Below, piece by piece: positions 35,295 through 44,822 of a stretch of DNA of 54,851 nt. The first letter of the stretch is position 1; every line of letters begins with the position of its first letter. Source of the stretch: Candidatus Hadarchaeum sp. (lineage in GTDB: Archaea > Hadarchaeota > Hadarchaeia > Hadarchaeales > Hadarchaeaceae); assembly GCF_038871235.1 (NCBI RefSeq), contig NZ_JAVZIN010000011.1, forward strand, positions 1 through 54,851, written 5' to 3'. The notes under the pieces were generated by a model, which was not told the origin of the DNA, searched no databases, and saw only the letters and a list, made by a program, of their open reading frames with translations. The position numbers were made by a program, and so were the translations under genes.

Positions 35295-38150
35295 CTGGAG
35301 ACCAGCTCCTTCGAACTTCTGGCCAAGCCCATCCGCAGGTTGCTGGAGGAGATGGGCTTCAAGGAACCGACCCTGCCCCAGCAGGCGGCGCTGCCGAAGA
35401 TACTTGAGGGCAAGAACATCCTGCTGATCTCTCCGGCTGGGACGGGCAAGACTGAGGCCGCCTTTCTGCCGGCGCTGCACCTCATCCTCACCTCGCCGGC
35501 TCGTGAGCCCGGGATAAAGATCGTCTACATCACCCCGCTGCGGGCACTGAATCGAGATCTCCTGGACCGGCTGGGGCGCTGGTGCCGCGAACTCGACCTG
35601 AAGGTTTCGGTGAGGCACGGTGATACCGCCACCAGGGAGAGGCGCCTGCAGGCCTTGATACCTCCTGACGTGATCATAACCACACCGGAAACCCTTCAGA
35701 TCCTGCTGCTGGGCAGGAGACTCAGGAACTACCTGCGGAGCGTGCGCATGGTCATTGTTGACGAGGTTCACGAGCTAGCCGATAACAAGCGCGGTGCCCA
35801 GCTCGCCGTCACGCTGGAGAGGCTGAGGAACCTCAAGGGGGGCGATTTCCAGGTAATCGGCCTTTCCGCAACCATAGGCGCCCCTGAAGAAGTAGCGAAG
35901 TTTCTGGTCGGCAGGGATAGAAACTGCGAGATCGTCGATGTCAGCGTTGCTCGAGAGGTAAGAATTGGTGTCCTCTATCCCACGGCCAAGAAGGTTGACG
36001 AAAAACTGGCGGAGGAGCTATACACCTTCCCAGCGGTGGCCGCTCGGCTGCGGGTGATGCGGGAGCTTATCGAGAGGCACGGCTCAACGCTGGTCTTCAC
36101 CAACACTAGGGCCACGGCCGAGGTTCTCGCCAGCAGGTTCCACCTCTGGGATGTGAAGTTCCCCATCGGCGTCCACCATGGTTCCCTCTCAGCGTTCACC
36201 CGGCTGCGCGGCGAGCGGGGGCTGAAACAGGGAGAACTCAAGGGCCTCATCTGCACCTCGTCGATGGAGCTGGGGCTTGACATCGGCGGGGTCGACCTAG
36301 TCATCCAGTACAACTCCCCGCGGCAGGCAACCCGTCTGCTCCAGCGCGTGGGACGCAGCGGGCATAGGATCGGCGAGGTCTCTAAAGGGATCATCGTTGT
36401 TCAGGACCCCGACGATGCCCTAGAATCCATCGTGATCGCGGCCCGCTCGCATGAGTACCAGCTCGAGCCGGTTCAGGTGCCGGAGAAGCCTCTCGACGTG
36501 CTGCTCCACTTTCTAGCCTCCATTCTGGCCTCTCAGAGGTCCGCCTCTGTTGACGAGGCCTACGAGACCGTGCGCCGCGCCTATCCATTTCAAAACCTCG
36601 ACAGGGAGGAACTACTTGCCGTGCTGAGGTTCGCCCAGAGCTTGGAGAAGCGCCTCCTCTGGGTCTCCGAGGACGGCCGGGAGTTCTCCCGCCCGAAATC
36701 CACGCAAAGGCTATTCGACTACTACTACAGCAACCTCTCAATGATCCCGGAACTCAAGCAGTACATTGTCGTTGACGACCAGCACAACCGCCCGGTGGGA
36801 ATCCTCGACGAGTCGTTCATCGCCGAGTACGGGGAGCCTGGAGTGAAGTTCGTCATGGGGGGCGAGCTCTGGAGGATACTGCAGGTGTTCCGTGACAAGG
36901 TCTTCGTGAAACCGGACCGGGATCCCATGGGCGCCATCCCGACCTGGATAGGTGAGGAGATCCCCGTTCCCTTTTCAGTGGCCCAAGAGGTAGGCAGGAT
37001 CAGGGGCAGGGCTGAGGAGCTGCTGAAATCCGGCAGGAAGTTCGACGAGGCGGTCTCCGAGCTGGCTGCGGAATACCGCGCTGACCAAGAGACTCTGAAA
37101 TTGGCACTTGAAGATGTCCGCGAACAGGTGAACACCAATCTGGCCGTGCCCACCGACCGGCGCCTCACCGTGGAAAAGGTCAAAGACATCTGCGTGATCA
37201 ATGCCTGCTTCGGTACCCTGGTCAACAGGACGCTGGCCCGGGTGGTGGCCCACAGGGCCTCGGAGGAAACGGGAGAAGCAACCGCCACCACAATCGACCC
37301 CTACCGCATCCTGCTGCGGTCGAGGATGCTGGAACCTGACGACCTGGTGACTCTTCTCCGGGAAAGGCTGGCTGAGATCCAAAAAGACATCCGCAAGGTG
37401 ATTGAGGAGAGCCGTTTCTTCAGGTGGCGTTTGGCCCAGGTGGCGCGTCGGATGGGAGTTCTGGAGCGGGAGGCCGAGATAACCAGCTCGGCGTTGGAGA
37501 AGCTGGCGCGGGCGCTGCGGGGCACCCCGGTCTTCGAGGAGACGTTCAAGGAGGTGGAGCGGAAGGACCTCGACCTGAAGAAGACGCTGGAGGTGCTGGA
37601 GAGGATAAAAAACAATGAAATCGAGGTGGTCTCCCTCGGCCGGTTAAGGGAGCCGAGCCCGATCTCCAAGCTGGCCTGGATGCAGCGCTATCTGGCTCTA
37701 GAGCCGGTGATGCCGGAGCGGACCAAGTTGCTCGCCATCGCCTCGACCAAGGCCCGCCTGCTCAGCGAGGCCCGCATTTTCGTCTGCACCGATTGCAAGA
37801 AGTACATCCGGGAGCTCCAGATTCACCAGCTGGAGGAAAAGCCCCGCTGTCCCCTCTGCGGCTCAACTAGGCTGGGCATGGTCGAGGAATCTGAGGAGGA
37901 GGTGCGGCGGGCAATGGAACTGGTGGAAAGAGGCCGCGATGTCGCCCTCTGGAGGGAAATCATGGAGAGCTCTAAGCTGATCTCTCAATTTGGCAAGGTG
38001 GCCGCGCTGGGACTGGCCGGCCGGGGCCTGACCCCTGCGGCAGTGAGGGAGATACTCGCCAAGGAGCCGAGGTTCACCAACCAGTTCCTGGAGCTGGTGC
38101 TGAAGAAGGAGCGGGAGCTGCTGTTCAGGAGATACAGGTGGGGCGGCTGA
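35295..38150 (+). CDS. lhr: Lhr-family SF2 helicase with C-terminal Zn finger
   Basis: 'PT.PQ', 'P.GTGKT', 'PLRAL.RD', 'DEVH', 'GLSAT', 'HHGSLS', 'ELG.DIG', 'QRVGRSGH', and C-terminal CxxC...CxxC. The conserved N-terminal 'F..L..PI' lies upstream of TTG 35340. Confidence 0.93.
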   Translation: METSSFELLAKPIRRLLEEMGFKEPTLPQQAALPKILEGKNILLISPAGTGKTEAAFLPALHLILTSPAREPGIKIVYITPLRALNRDLLDRLGRWCRELDLKVSVRHGDTATRERRLQALIPPDVIITTPETLQILLLGRRLRNYLRSVRMVIVDEVHELADNKRGAQLAVTLERLRNLKGGDFQVIGLSATIGAPEEVAKFLVGRDRNCEIVDVSVAREVRIGVLYPTAKKVDEKLAEELYTFPAVAARLRVMRELIERHGSTLVFTNTRATAEVLASRFHLWDVKFPIGVHHGSLSAFTRLRGERGLKQGELKGLICTSSMELGLDIGGVDLVIQYNSPRQATRLLQRVGRSGHRIGEVSKGIIVVQDPDDALESIVIAARSHEYQLEPVQVPEKPLDVLLHFLASILASQRSASVDEAYETVRRAYPFQNLDREELLAVLRFAQSLEKRLLWVSEDGREFSRPKSTQRLFDYYYSNLSMIPELKQYIVVDDQHNRPVGILDESFIAEYGEPGVKFVMGGELWRILQVFRDKVFVKPDRDPMGAIPTWIGEEIPVPFSVAQEVGRIRGRAEELLKSGRKFDEAVSELAAEYRADQETLKLALEDVREQVNTNLAVPTDRRLTVEKVKDICVINACFGTLVNRTLARVVAHRASEETGEATATTIDPYRILLRSRMLEPDDLVTLLRERLAEIQKDIRKVIEESRFFRWRLAQVARRMGVLEREAEITSSALEKLARALRGTPVFEETFKEVERKDLDLKKTLEVLERIKNNEIEVVSLGRLREPSPISKLAWMQRYLALEPVMPERTKLLAIASTKARLLSEARIFVCTDCKKYIRELQIHQLEEKPRCPLCGSTRLGMVEESEEEVRRAMELVERGRDVALWREIMESSKLISQFGKVAALGLAGRGLTPAAVREILAKEPRFTNQFLELVLKKERELLFRRYRWGG

Positions 38151-38227
38151 GGCTCAACTTCTGCCCTCAAAAAATATCCCGCTGTTTGGTTGGTTTTCTC
38201 GAGCTCCAATGACACAGCTATGTCACC

Positions 38228-38254
38228 CGTGATGATACACGTGTATCAATCACG
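38228..38254. promoter_or_regulatory. Perfect 16-bp palindrome TGATACACGTGTATCA (extends to ~27 bp with one bulge)
   Basis: 38233-38248 is self-complementary. Flanked by CGTGA/TCACG. Upstream of the glyA-like gene. Confidence 0.55.
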
Positions 38255-38360
38255 AATTTTCACTGCCAACACAAAATCAAAGGCCGACAAGCTTTTGGGT
38301 AGATAGCCATCTTGACGCATGTCTGATTTATACTCCAGCGCCATTAATTGTGGAGCTGGT

Positions 38361-39521
38361 ATGGGTAAAATTCATCCTGGATCTGAAATAGCTGCCCTGG
38401 TGAAAAAACACGAGGAACTGAGGGCCAACGGAATCAACCTCATTGCCTCGGAGAACTGTCTCTCCTCCGCTGCCCGCGAGGCCCTTGCCAGCGACCTTGC
38501 CGGCCGTTACCACTCTGATTTCTACGGCGGTTCAAGGTTCGCTCAGGAGATCATCGAAACAACGGAGCAACTGGCGGAAAAGCTCTTCCGGGCCAAACAC
38601 GCGCTGGTTTCACCGCTCTCCGGAACCATGTGTGACCTCGCCGTGATGCTCGCCTTCACCGTCCCGGAGGAAAAGGTGGCCATGGTTCCGTTCAGCTCCG
38701 GTGGCTTTCCGCTCGGGGTGCAAAAGTTCCACCGCCGCCTGGTCCAACTCTCCGTGAACGAGCAGAGCTACGAAATCGACCTCAACCATGCCAGGAAAAC
38801 AATCGCCGAGGAGCGCGTGAGGCTGACGATCCTCGGGGCATCCTACATCCTCTTTCCCCACCCGGTCAAGGAGCTGAGCCAGTTCATCGAGAGCGAGGAA
38901 CTGCCCTGCCTTCTGGGCTACGACGGCTCACACGTCCTAGGCCTGATCGCCTGCGGAGAATTCCAGGACCCGCTTCGAGAGGGGGCGGAAATCCTCTTCG
39001 GCAGCACCCACAAGTCCCTCTACGGCCCGCAGGGAGGGCTGATCCTGACCAACTCCAGCGAGCACGAACAGAAGCTCAGAAATTTCCTCGACATCGACCT
39101 GGAAACCGGCATCGGTCTCGTCGACAATCCCCACGTGAACAGGATCGCCGCACTCGGGGTTGTCCTCGAGGAGCTGCTGCGGGACAGGAGCTACGGCCGG
39201 CGCGTTGTCAGAAATGCCCAGTCTCTGGCCAAGGCCCTCGATGAATCAGGCGTCCCGGTGAGGTTCAAACAGAGGGGCTACACCCAGAGCCATCAGATCC
39301 TCCTCGACCTCAATCCCACGGCTGCGGAAAGGCTCTGCCGGCAGCTGGAACAGGTGAACATCTTCATCGACGTCGCGGGCAGGCTGGGCGTGGCTGAGGT
39401 GACTCACCGCGGGATGGGGCTCCCTGAGATGTTCAAGATTGCCGAGGTAATTTCCTCAGTTTACAAAAAGGGACCATCAACGGAACTGAAAAGAAAGATA
39501 CGGCAACTGGTAAAACGCTGA
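38361..39521 (+). CDS. Serine hydroxymethyltransferase-like PLP enzyme (divergent)
   Basis: 'INLIASEN..S', 'YD.SHVLGLIA', 'STHKSL.GPQGG', 'T.SHQI'. Lacks the usual GGH.SH and YAEG motifs. Confidence 0.85.
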   Translation: MGKIHPGSEIAALVKKHEELRANGINLIASENCLSSAAREALASDLAGRYHSDFYGGSRFAQEIIETTEQLAEKLFRAKHALVSPLSGTMCDLAVMLAFTVPEEKVAMVPFSSGGFPLGVQKFHRRLVQLSVNEQSYEIDLNHARKTIAEERVRLTILGASYILFPHPVKELSQFIESEELPCLLGYDGSHVLGLIACGEFQDPLREGAEILFGSTHKSLYGPQGGLILTNSSEHEQKLRNFLDIDLETGIGLVDNPHVNRIAALGVVLEELLRDRSYGRRVVRNAQSLAKALDESGVPVRFKQRGYTQSHQILLDLNPTAAERLCRQLEQVNIFIDVAGRLGVAEVTHRGMGLPEMFKIAEVISSVYKKGPSTELKRKIRQLVKR

Positions 39522-39572
39522 AAACATCTTCGTTTATAAACCTGTCCAGAGATAACAGTTGAGATAAAAAAG

Positions 39573-40727
39573 GTGTTGCCAATGAAGAGCCGGTGGTTGC
39601 CGCTTGCGGTGATGACCTTTGCCCACTTCTTCAACGACTTCTTCCAGTTCATCCTGCCGCTGTTCCTGCCCCTCTTCATCCTCGAGTTCAACCTGAGCTA
39701 CTTTGAGAGCGGGGTGCTGCTGGGCGTCTACCTCGGCTCCGCGGTGGTCCTGAACGGGCTGCTGGGACACCTGGCCGACAAATACCGCAAACGGAAGCCG
39801 CTGATGTGCCTCGGGCTGGCCCTCTACGGGATCTCGGTCTCAGCGCTGCAGTTCGCCCAGGATTACCCCACGCTCCTGATTCTCTCCGTGATCATGGGAA
39901 TCGGATTCAGCTCCTACCATCCTCAGGCCACCAAGATCATCACCTCGCTCTACCCGAACCACAAGGGTAGATACATGGGGATTCATGGGGGCGGGGGCGC
40001 CATCGGCTTCTTCGCCTCACCGCTGCTGCTGGCCCCTCTAGCCTACTCCATCGGCTGGAGGCCAACCGTCTCCCTGCTCTTCATCCCCACCTGTGTCGCC
40101 GCCCTGCTGCTCTGGCTGGTGCTGAGGGAACCAGAGCCCGAGCCGAAGAGCAGCGGCAGGAGGATACTCTGGTGGCCGATAATCCTGCTCGGCCTCGTCT
40201 ACGGCCTCACCTTGTTCGTCTTCCGGGGCTTTACCAACTTCATGCCCGTCTACTTCTACTCGGTCCAAGGCAACACCGCGATCGAGATGGGTCTGCTCAG
40301 CAGCCTGGTCTGGGGGATGGGCGTGATTGCCGAGCCGCTGGGAGGCACGATATCGGACTACATCGGCCGGAGGAACACCTTCACCATCTCGCTGCTACTG
40401 CTGGCATTTTCCCTGCTGGGATTCTTGAACTCCTCAGGTCCGCTGGCAATCGCCCTCCTCATCCTCTTCGGCTTCTTCGGCCAGGCAACGCGCTGCGTGG
40501 GTTTGCTCTACTCCTCCGAGCTGGCCCCGCCGGAGAGCACCGGGATGTTTGTGGGCATCGTCTTCGGCATTTCGCAGGGGTTGAGCCTGATCTCCACGAT
40601 GACGGTGGGCTACATAGCCGACATCACCGGTTTCTACTGGGCCTTCATGGGCCTCGTCACCGTCGCCATAGTCGCCACGGCGCTGTCGCTTCGGATGAAG
40701 GACTCCAAAGCTAGGCAAACTCCCTGA
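39573..40727 (+). CDS. MFS transporter (Fsr-like)
   Basis: 'HF.ND', 'G.LAD', 'YHPQA', 'G..MGIH..GG', 'GG.ISD.IGRR'. Confidence 0.9.
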   Translation: MLPMKSRWLPLAVMTFAHFFNDFFQFILPLFLPLFILEFNLSYFESGVLLGVYLGSAVVLNGLLGHLADKYRKRKPLMCLGLALYGISVSALQFAQDYPTLLILSVIMGIGFSSYHPQATKIITSLYPNHKGRYMGIHGGGGAIGFFASPLLLAPLAYSIGWRPTVSLLFIPTCVAALLLWLVLREPEPEPKSSGRRILWWPIILLGLVYGLTLFVFRGFTNFMPVYFYSVQGNTAIEMGLLSSLVWGMGVIAEPLGGTISDYIGRRNTFTISLLLLAFSLLGFLNSSGPLAIALLILFGFFGQATRCVGLLYSSELAPPESTGMFVGIVFGISQGLSLISTMTVGYIADITGFYWAFMGLVTVAIVATALSLRMKDSKARQTP

Positions 40728-41553
40728 GGAGCTTCCGGATGGCTCCCGGGATCTGGGAATACTCCCTCACCCGATAGACTCTGCCTCGTCCCAGCTCAGC
40801 CAGTAGTGAACAGGTGCCGGCGTCGGAATGAGGAGACTCGACCATGATCACGCAGAGCTTGGGAAATCCAGACGCGACCCTCTCTGGGTGAAAGCCTTCT
40901 GAGCACCTGCCATCGGTGATTATTATTCCCAGCCTTTCTCCTGCCGCGGCCCTCTCCAGCTCGTTCAGCCCTGCCCTCAGTCCCTCCTCCATGTTTGTGT
41001 ACCCGAAAGCGTTGATCTCTAGAAGATCAGAGATGACCTGACGCACATCCCTCCTCTGCCCCATTGCCTTGAGAACCTGCGCCTGGGAGTTAAAGGTGAT
41101 CACGGCATAATTATCCTCCCTCAACTCGATGGCCAGCATCGAGGCTCCCACTGCAGCCACGGCCAGCTTCTCCCCAGCCATGGAGAGGCTGGTGTCCAGC
41201 ATCAGCGAGCAGGCCAGCTTCTTCCTCTCCCTCGTCTCCACCACGATGTCCTCGGCTCGGTAGTCCGGCTTACCGACGATCCGCTCGCAGGTGGCCTCGA
41301 GGTCCATCTCATCGGCGCCGAAGCGGTAGCTGTCCCTCCTCAGCCTGGCGGACCTCTTCGTGGGACCAAGGCTTCTCAGGGCCCGGCGCAGAATTGCCCT
41401 GATGGCTATCTTCCTGAGTTCCTCGCGCTGCCTCTCGTCGAGCCTGTTCTTGAGGTCAGGGTAGCTCCGCGCAATCAGCCAGCCGACATCTTCATTTTCG
41501 GCCTCGGTTGTCTTTCCGGAAAAAATCACGGTGTAAATCGTAGGTTCAGTCAA
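40711..41553 (-). CDS. vWA-domain protein (partner of MoxR ATPase)
   Basis: MIDAS 'LDTSLSM', 'G.TN...GL', 'IITDG'. Upstream 'MDLEAT' segment. TTGA overlap with the ATPase stop. Confidence 0.88.
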   Translation of the reverse strand: MTEPTIYTVIFSGKTTEAENEDVGWLIARSYPDLKNRLDERQREELRKIAIRAILRRALRSLGPTKRSARLRRDSYRFGADEMDLEATCERIVGKPDYRAEDIVVETRERKKLACSLMLDTSLSMAGEKLAVAAVGASMLAIELREDNYAVITFNSQAQVLKAMGQRRDVRQVISDLLEINAFGYTNMEEGLRAGLNELERAAAGERLGIIITDGRCSEGFHPERVASGFPKLCVIMVESPHSDAGTCSLLAELGRGRVYRVREYSQIPGAIRKLLREFA

Positions 41554-42437
41554 GTCTTTTTTTTTACTTCGAGAGGGGTGGTGATTCTATCCAATCCCTC
41601 TGCTCTTTTCAGGAGTGAATCAACGATCGCGTCGATGACCTCGGTGGGCTGGCTCCGGGCCTCCTCCCTCAGCTCGATTCTCGTGGGCAGGGCCAAGCGG
41701 CAGGCCTTCCTGACCGCCTCAACATCACCGCCCAGCTGGACAGCGAGCAGGGCCACGCTGATCGCGGCCCGGATCGAGGCCCCCCTCCTTATCTCAGGGT
41801 GCTCGCGGGTCGCCCTGACTATCCGAACGACCAGCCGGGCAAAGTTATCGTCCTCAATCCCAGTCCGCAGCTTCAGGATCTCGATCTCCTCGGCCTCAGG
41901 CTGGTAGCCCAGCGTCACCAGCTCGAAGCGGTCGCGCAGCGCCTCGGAGATGGGACTGGTGGCGATGAACTCCCTCGGGTTCTGGGTGGCAATGATGACG
42001 AAGCCATCGGCGGCGGTGATGCTGCCGATCTTTGGTATCTCGATCTTGAACTCGTCCATCGCGGGCAGCAGCACGTTCTGAACCGACTCCGGCATCCGGT
42101 TCAGTTCGTTGATGAAGAGGACGCCGCCGCTCTGCATCGCCATCGTCAGCGGCCCAGGAATGAAAGCCTCTTGAACGTAGCCCAGCTTTAGGACAATCGG
42201 CGGGTCGAACCAGCCGGTGAGCTTCTGCTCGGTGTACCTCTCATCGCCATCGACGCGGAAGACCTGCTTGTGCAGGTAGTTGGAAATGGCCAGCGCGATG
42301 ACGGTCTTGCCCACGCCGACCGGTCCCTCGATTAGGAGATGTCTGCCCGCCCGGACCACCGCCAAAGCCTGCTCCAGCTCCCTCTCCCTGCCGATGATGC
42401 CGAACCTCTTCTGAATCTCCCTGATCTCCTCGATCAT
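41550..42437 (-). CDS. MoxR-family AAA+ ATPase
   Basis: Walker A 'EGPVGVGKT', Walker B 'FINELNR', 'IATQNP', 'EALRDRF', 'GASIRA'. Confidence 0.92.
   Translation of the reverse strand: MIEEIREIQKRFGIIGRERELEQALAVVRAGRHLLIEGPVGVGKTVIALAISNYLHKQVFRVDGDERYTEQKLTGWFDPPIVLKLGYVQEAFIPGPLTMAMQSGGVLFINELNRMPESVQNVLLPAMDEFKIEIPKIGSITAADGFVIIATQNPREFIATSPISEALRDRFELVTLGYQPEAEEIEILKLRTGIEDDNFARLVVRIVRATREHPEIRRGASIRAAISVALLAVQLGGDVEAVRKACRLALPTRIELREEARSQPTEVIDAIVDSLLKRAEGLDRITTPLEVKKKT
41557..41565 (-). other. A9 slippery run (A-AAA-AAA / A-AAA-AAG) at the MoxR-vWA junction
   Basis: Minus strand reads GTA AAA AAA AAG ACT TGA. The -1 frame reads AAA AAA AAA GAC TTG ACT GAA, continuing into the vWA ORF. 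Confidence 0.65.
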
Positions 42438-42503
42438 CAAGGCTGCCCCAGATAAACTAGCCGCTGGGGGATAAACCCTTTTCCGGCGTTGCAGGGTAAA
42501 ATA

Positions 42504-42517
42504 GTTGCTATAGCAAC
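42504..42517. promoter_or_regulatory. Perfect palindrome GTTGCTATAGCAAC, candidate MarR operator
   Basis: Abuts TATA-like TTTATAT (42519) in the divergent moxR/marR intergenic region. Confidence 0.7.
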
Positions 42518-42558
42518 CTTTATATCGGATGGTTGTGTTGGTTGATGGAGGCACGGCA

Positions 42559-43008
42559 ATGGGCGAACGCAGGTCAATCGGGCGGCTGATCTCCTACCTT
42601 TACCGGCTCACGGGAAGCTACCTTCACGAGAGGCTGAAGAAGCACGGCATCGGCAGCGGGCAGGTCCCTCTCCTGATGAGGCTCTATCGCGGCGACGGCA
42701 TCAATCAGGACCAGCTGGCGAAAGAACTCAGGATCGACAAGGCCACCTGCACCAGAGGGCTGAGGAAGCTGGAGCGGGCGGGCTATGTGAGGAGAATTTC
42801 TGATGAAGCCGACCGGAGGGCCTACAGAATCTGCCTGACCGAGAGGGCAAGAAAGCTGCAACCGACAGTCGAGAAGGCTCTGGAGGAGTGGACGAAGCAC
42901 CTCCTCTCCGGATTTTCTGATGAGGAGAGGGAAATGGTGTTCGACCTTCTGGAGAGGCTGGTCGCCAACGCCTCGGCATGGAAAGCGGGTGGCGGGAAAG
43001 ATGTCTGA
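42559..43008 (+). CDS. MarR-family transcriptional regulator
   Basis: 'GI..GQ..LL..L...DGI.Q..LA..L.IDKAT.TR....LE..GYV.R.....DRR'. GGAGG RBS. Confidence 0.93.
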   Translation: MGERRSIGRLISYLYRLTGSYLHERLKKHGIGSGQVPLLMRLYRGDGINQDQLAKELRIDKATCTRGLRKLERAGYVRRISDEADRRAYRICLTERARKLQPTVEKALEEWTKHLLSGFSDEEREMVFDLLERLVANASAWKAGGGKDV

Positions 43009-44404
43009 AGAATTGCTGGCGCCGGAGAAGAGCTACACGGAAGGGGTCAAGACGCTGCTGGGAGATCCAAAGAAGGCCATCGTCAAGCTCTCCCTACCCA
43101 TGATCATGGCGATGCTGATTCAGGCCACCTACAACCTCGCCGACGCCATCTGGGTGGCGGGCATCGGCGCCGACGCTCTGGCCGCCGTCGGCTTCGTCTT
43201 CCCCTTTTACTTCATCATGATGGCGATCTCAACCGGGATCGGGATCGGAAGCAGCTCGGCCATCGCCCGGAGAATTGGCGCCCGGGACAAAACCGGGGCC
43301 GACAGCGCTGCCACCAACTCCATCGTGCTGGTGGTGATAACCGCGGTGATGTTCACCGTGCCCTTGATCACCCTCACCGAGCCCATCTTTGGGGCAATCG
43401 GGGCCAGCGGGACGCTCCAGATGACCGTGGACTATGCCCGAATAATCTCAGCCGGGGCCATCTTCCTCTTCTTCAACAACGTCGGTAACGCGATCCTGAG
43501 GGGAGAGGGCGACGCCAAGAGGGCGATGTATGCCCTCGGGCTCGGGGCCGGGATGAACATCGTTCTGGACCCGATCTTCATCTACTCGCTGGGGCTGGGC
43601 GTTGCCGGGGCGGCGCTGGCCACCGTCCTCTCGATGGCCGTTTCCTCGGCCCTGCTGCTCTACTGGCTGGCGATCAAGAACGACACCTATGTCTCGATCA
43701 GGTTCCGGGGCTTCAGGTTCAACGGGAAGATACTGAAGGATATCCTCAGGGTCGGCATCCCCTCGTCGATAGTCCAGCTCTCGATGTCTATCTCGATGCT
43801 GGTGATCAACTTTCTCATCGTCCTCATCTCAGGGGGAGGCACCGATGGCGTTGCCGTCTACTCGGCGGGCTGGAGGGTGGCCACCGTGGGCACTCTGCCA
43901 CTGAATGGAATTGCCACCGCCGTGGTCGCCGTCTGCGGCGCGGCCTTCGGCGCCAGGTCCTACGAGAAGATCAGCATCTCGCACCTGCACGCGATTAAAA
44001 TCGGCCTGCTCATCGAGGCGGCCGTGACCGGGGCGACGTTCATCTTCGCCCCGCAGATCGCCGCCGTGTTCACCTACTCTGAGGGCGCGGCCCACCTCGC
44101 CGACGACCTGACGCTGTTCCTCCGGATCGCCTGCCTCTTCTGGCCCTTCGTCTCCTTCGGGATGCAGTCGTCGGCGCTGTTCCAGGCGGTGGGCAGAGGG
44201 ATCAGCTCCATGATGGCGACGATCCTGCGCGCGCTGGTGCTGACGCTGCTCTTCATCTTCATCCTGGCCTTCGTCCTCAACTTCGGGCTGATCGGCGTCT
44301 GGTGGGGCATCGTGGTGGCCAACATCATCGGCTCACTGGTGGTCTTCAGCTGGGCCAGGTTCTACGTGGGCGGGCTGATGCGGGCTAACAATTCCGCGCG
44401 ATGA
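43001..44404 (+). CDS. MATE-family efflux transporter
   Basis: 'P.KAI.KLSLP', 'YNL.D.IWV..IG..ALAA', 'RGEGD', 'NIVLDPIFI', 'GV.GAA.AT'. Confidence 0.93.
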   Translation: MSEELLAPEKSYTEGVKTLLGDPKKAIVKLSLPMIMAMLIQATYNLADAIWVAGIGADALAAVGFVFPFYFIMMAISTGIGIGSSSAIARRIGARDKTGADSAATNSIVLVVITAVMFTVPLITLTEPIFGAIGASGTLQMTVDYARIISAGAIFLFFNNVGNAILRGEGDAKRAMYALGLGAGMNIVLDPIFIYSLGLGVAGAALATVLSMAVSSALLLYWLAIKNDTYVSIRFRGFRFNGKILKDILRVGIPSSIVQLSMSISMLVINFLIVLISGGGTDGVAVYSAGWRVATVGTLPLNGIATAVVAVCGAAFGARSYEKISISHLHAIKIGLLIEAAVTGATFIFAPQIAAVFTYSEGAAHLADDLTLFLRIACLFWPFVSFGMQSSALFQAVGRGISSMMATILRALVLTLLFIFILAFVLNFGLIGVWWGIVVANIIGSLVVFSWARFYVGGLMRANNSAR

Positions 44405-44822
44405 AAAATCTGGCTAAATTCAATGGGGGCCGGGGCATCTATGGGTCCTCGGTTAATTATTCTTCCCGCCTTCAACAATGGTGGTGTATTAGGTGACCAA
44501 GGCCGCAATTGCACCGAGAGCCGCCAGCTAGGACGCCAGCAGCGCTCCGACGATTCCAGCCGTGACCAGAATCTTAGGGTTTTGCCCCACCTCATCCTTG
44601 ACGATTATCTGGGTTATGTTCAACGCACGCTGATAAGCGAATAAAATACCAGAGGATCAAGAAATATGGAAGTTACTCAAAGATAAGGACGGCGATTAGG
44701 GAGGAGCCGATAAAGCTGGCGCAGTATTTGAGGGGAGAGAAAGAAAGTTATTGCCCCATAGGGCTTAATTTGGTGCAAAAACTTGGGATTTTAGCCACAA
44801 AGAGTTAAAAACGCTTGAACCA

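Noticed and set aside
38229-38326. C/D box sRNA (GTGATGA box C at 38229)
   Set aside because: The nearest CTGA is about 90 nt away with no C'/D' boxes or terminal stem; the motif is part of a DNA palindrome.
44450-44600. Minus-strand hydrophobic reading 'KILVTAGIVGALLAS*LAALGAIAALVT*'
   Set aside because: Possibly a gene remnant at the island edge, but too short and interrupted to assign.
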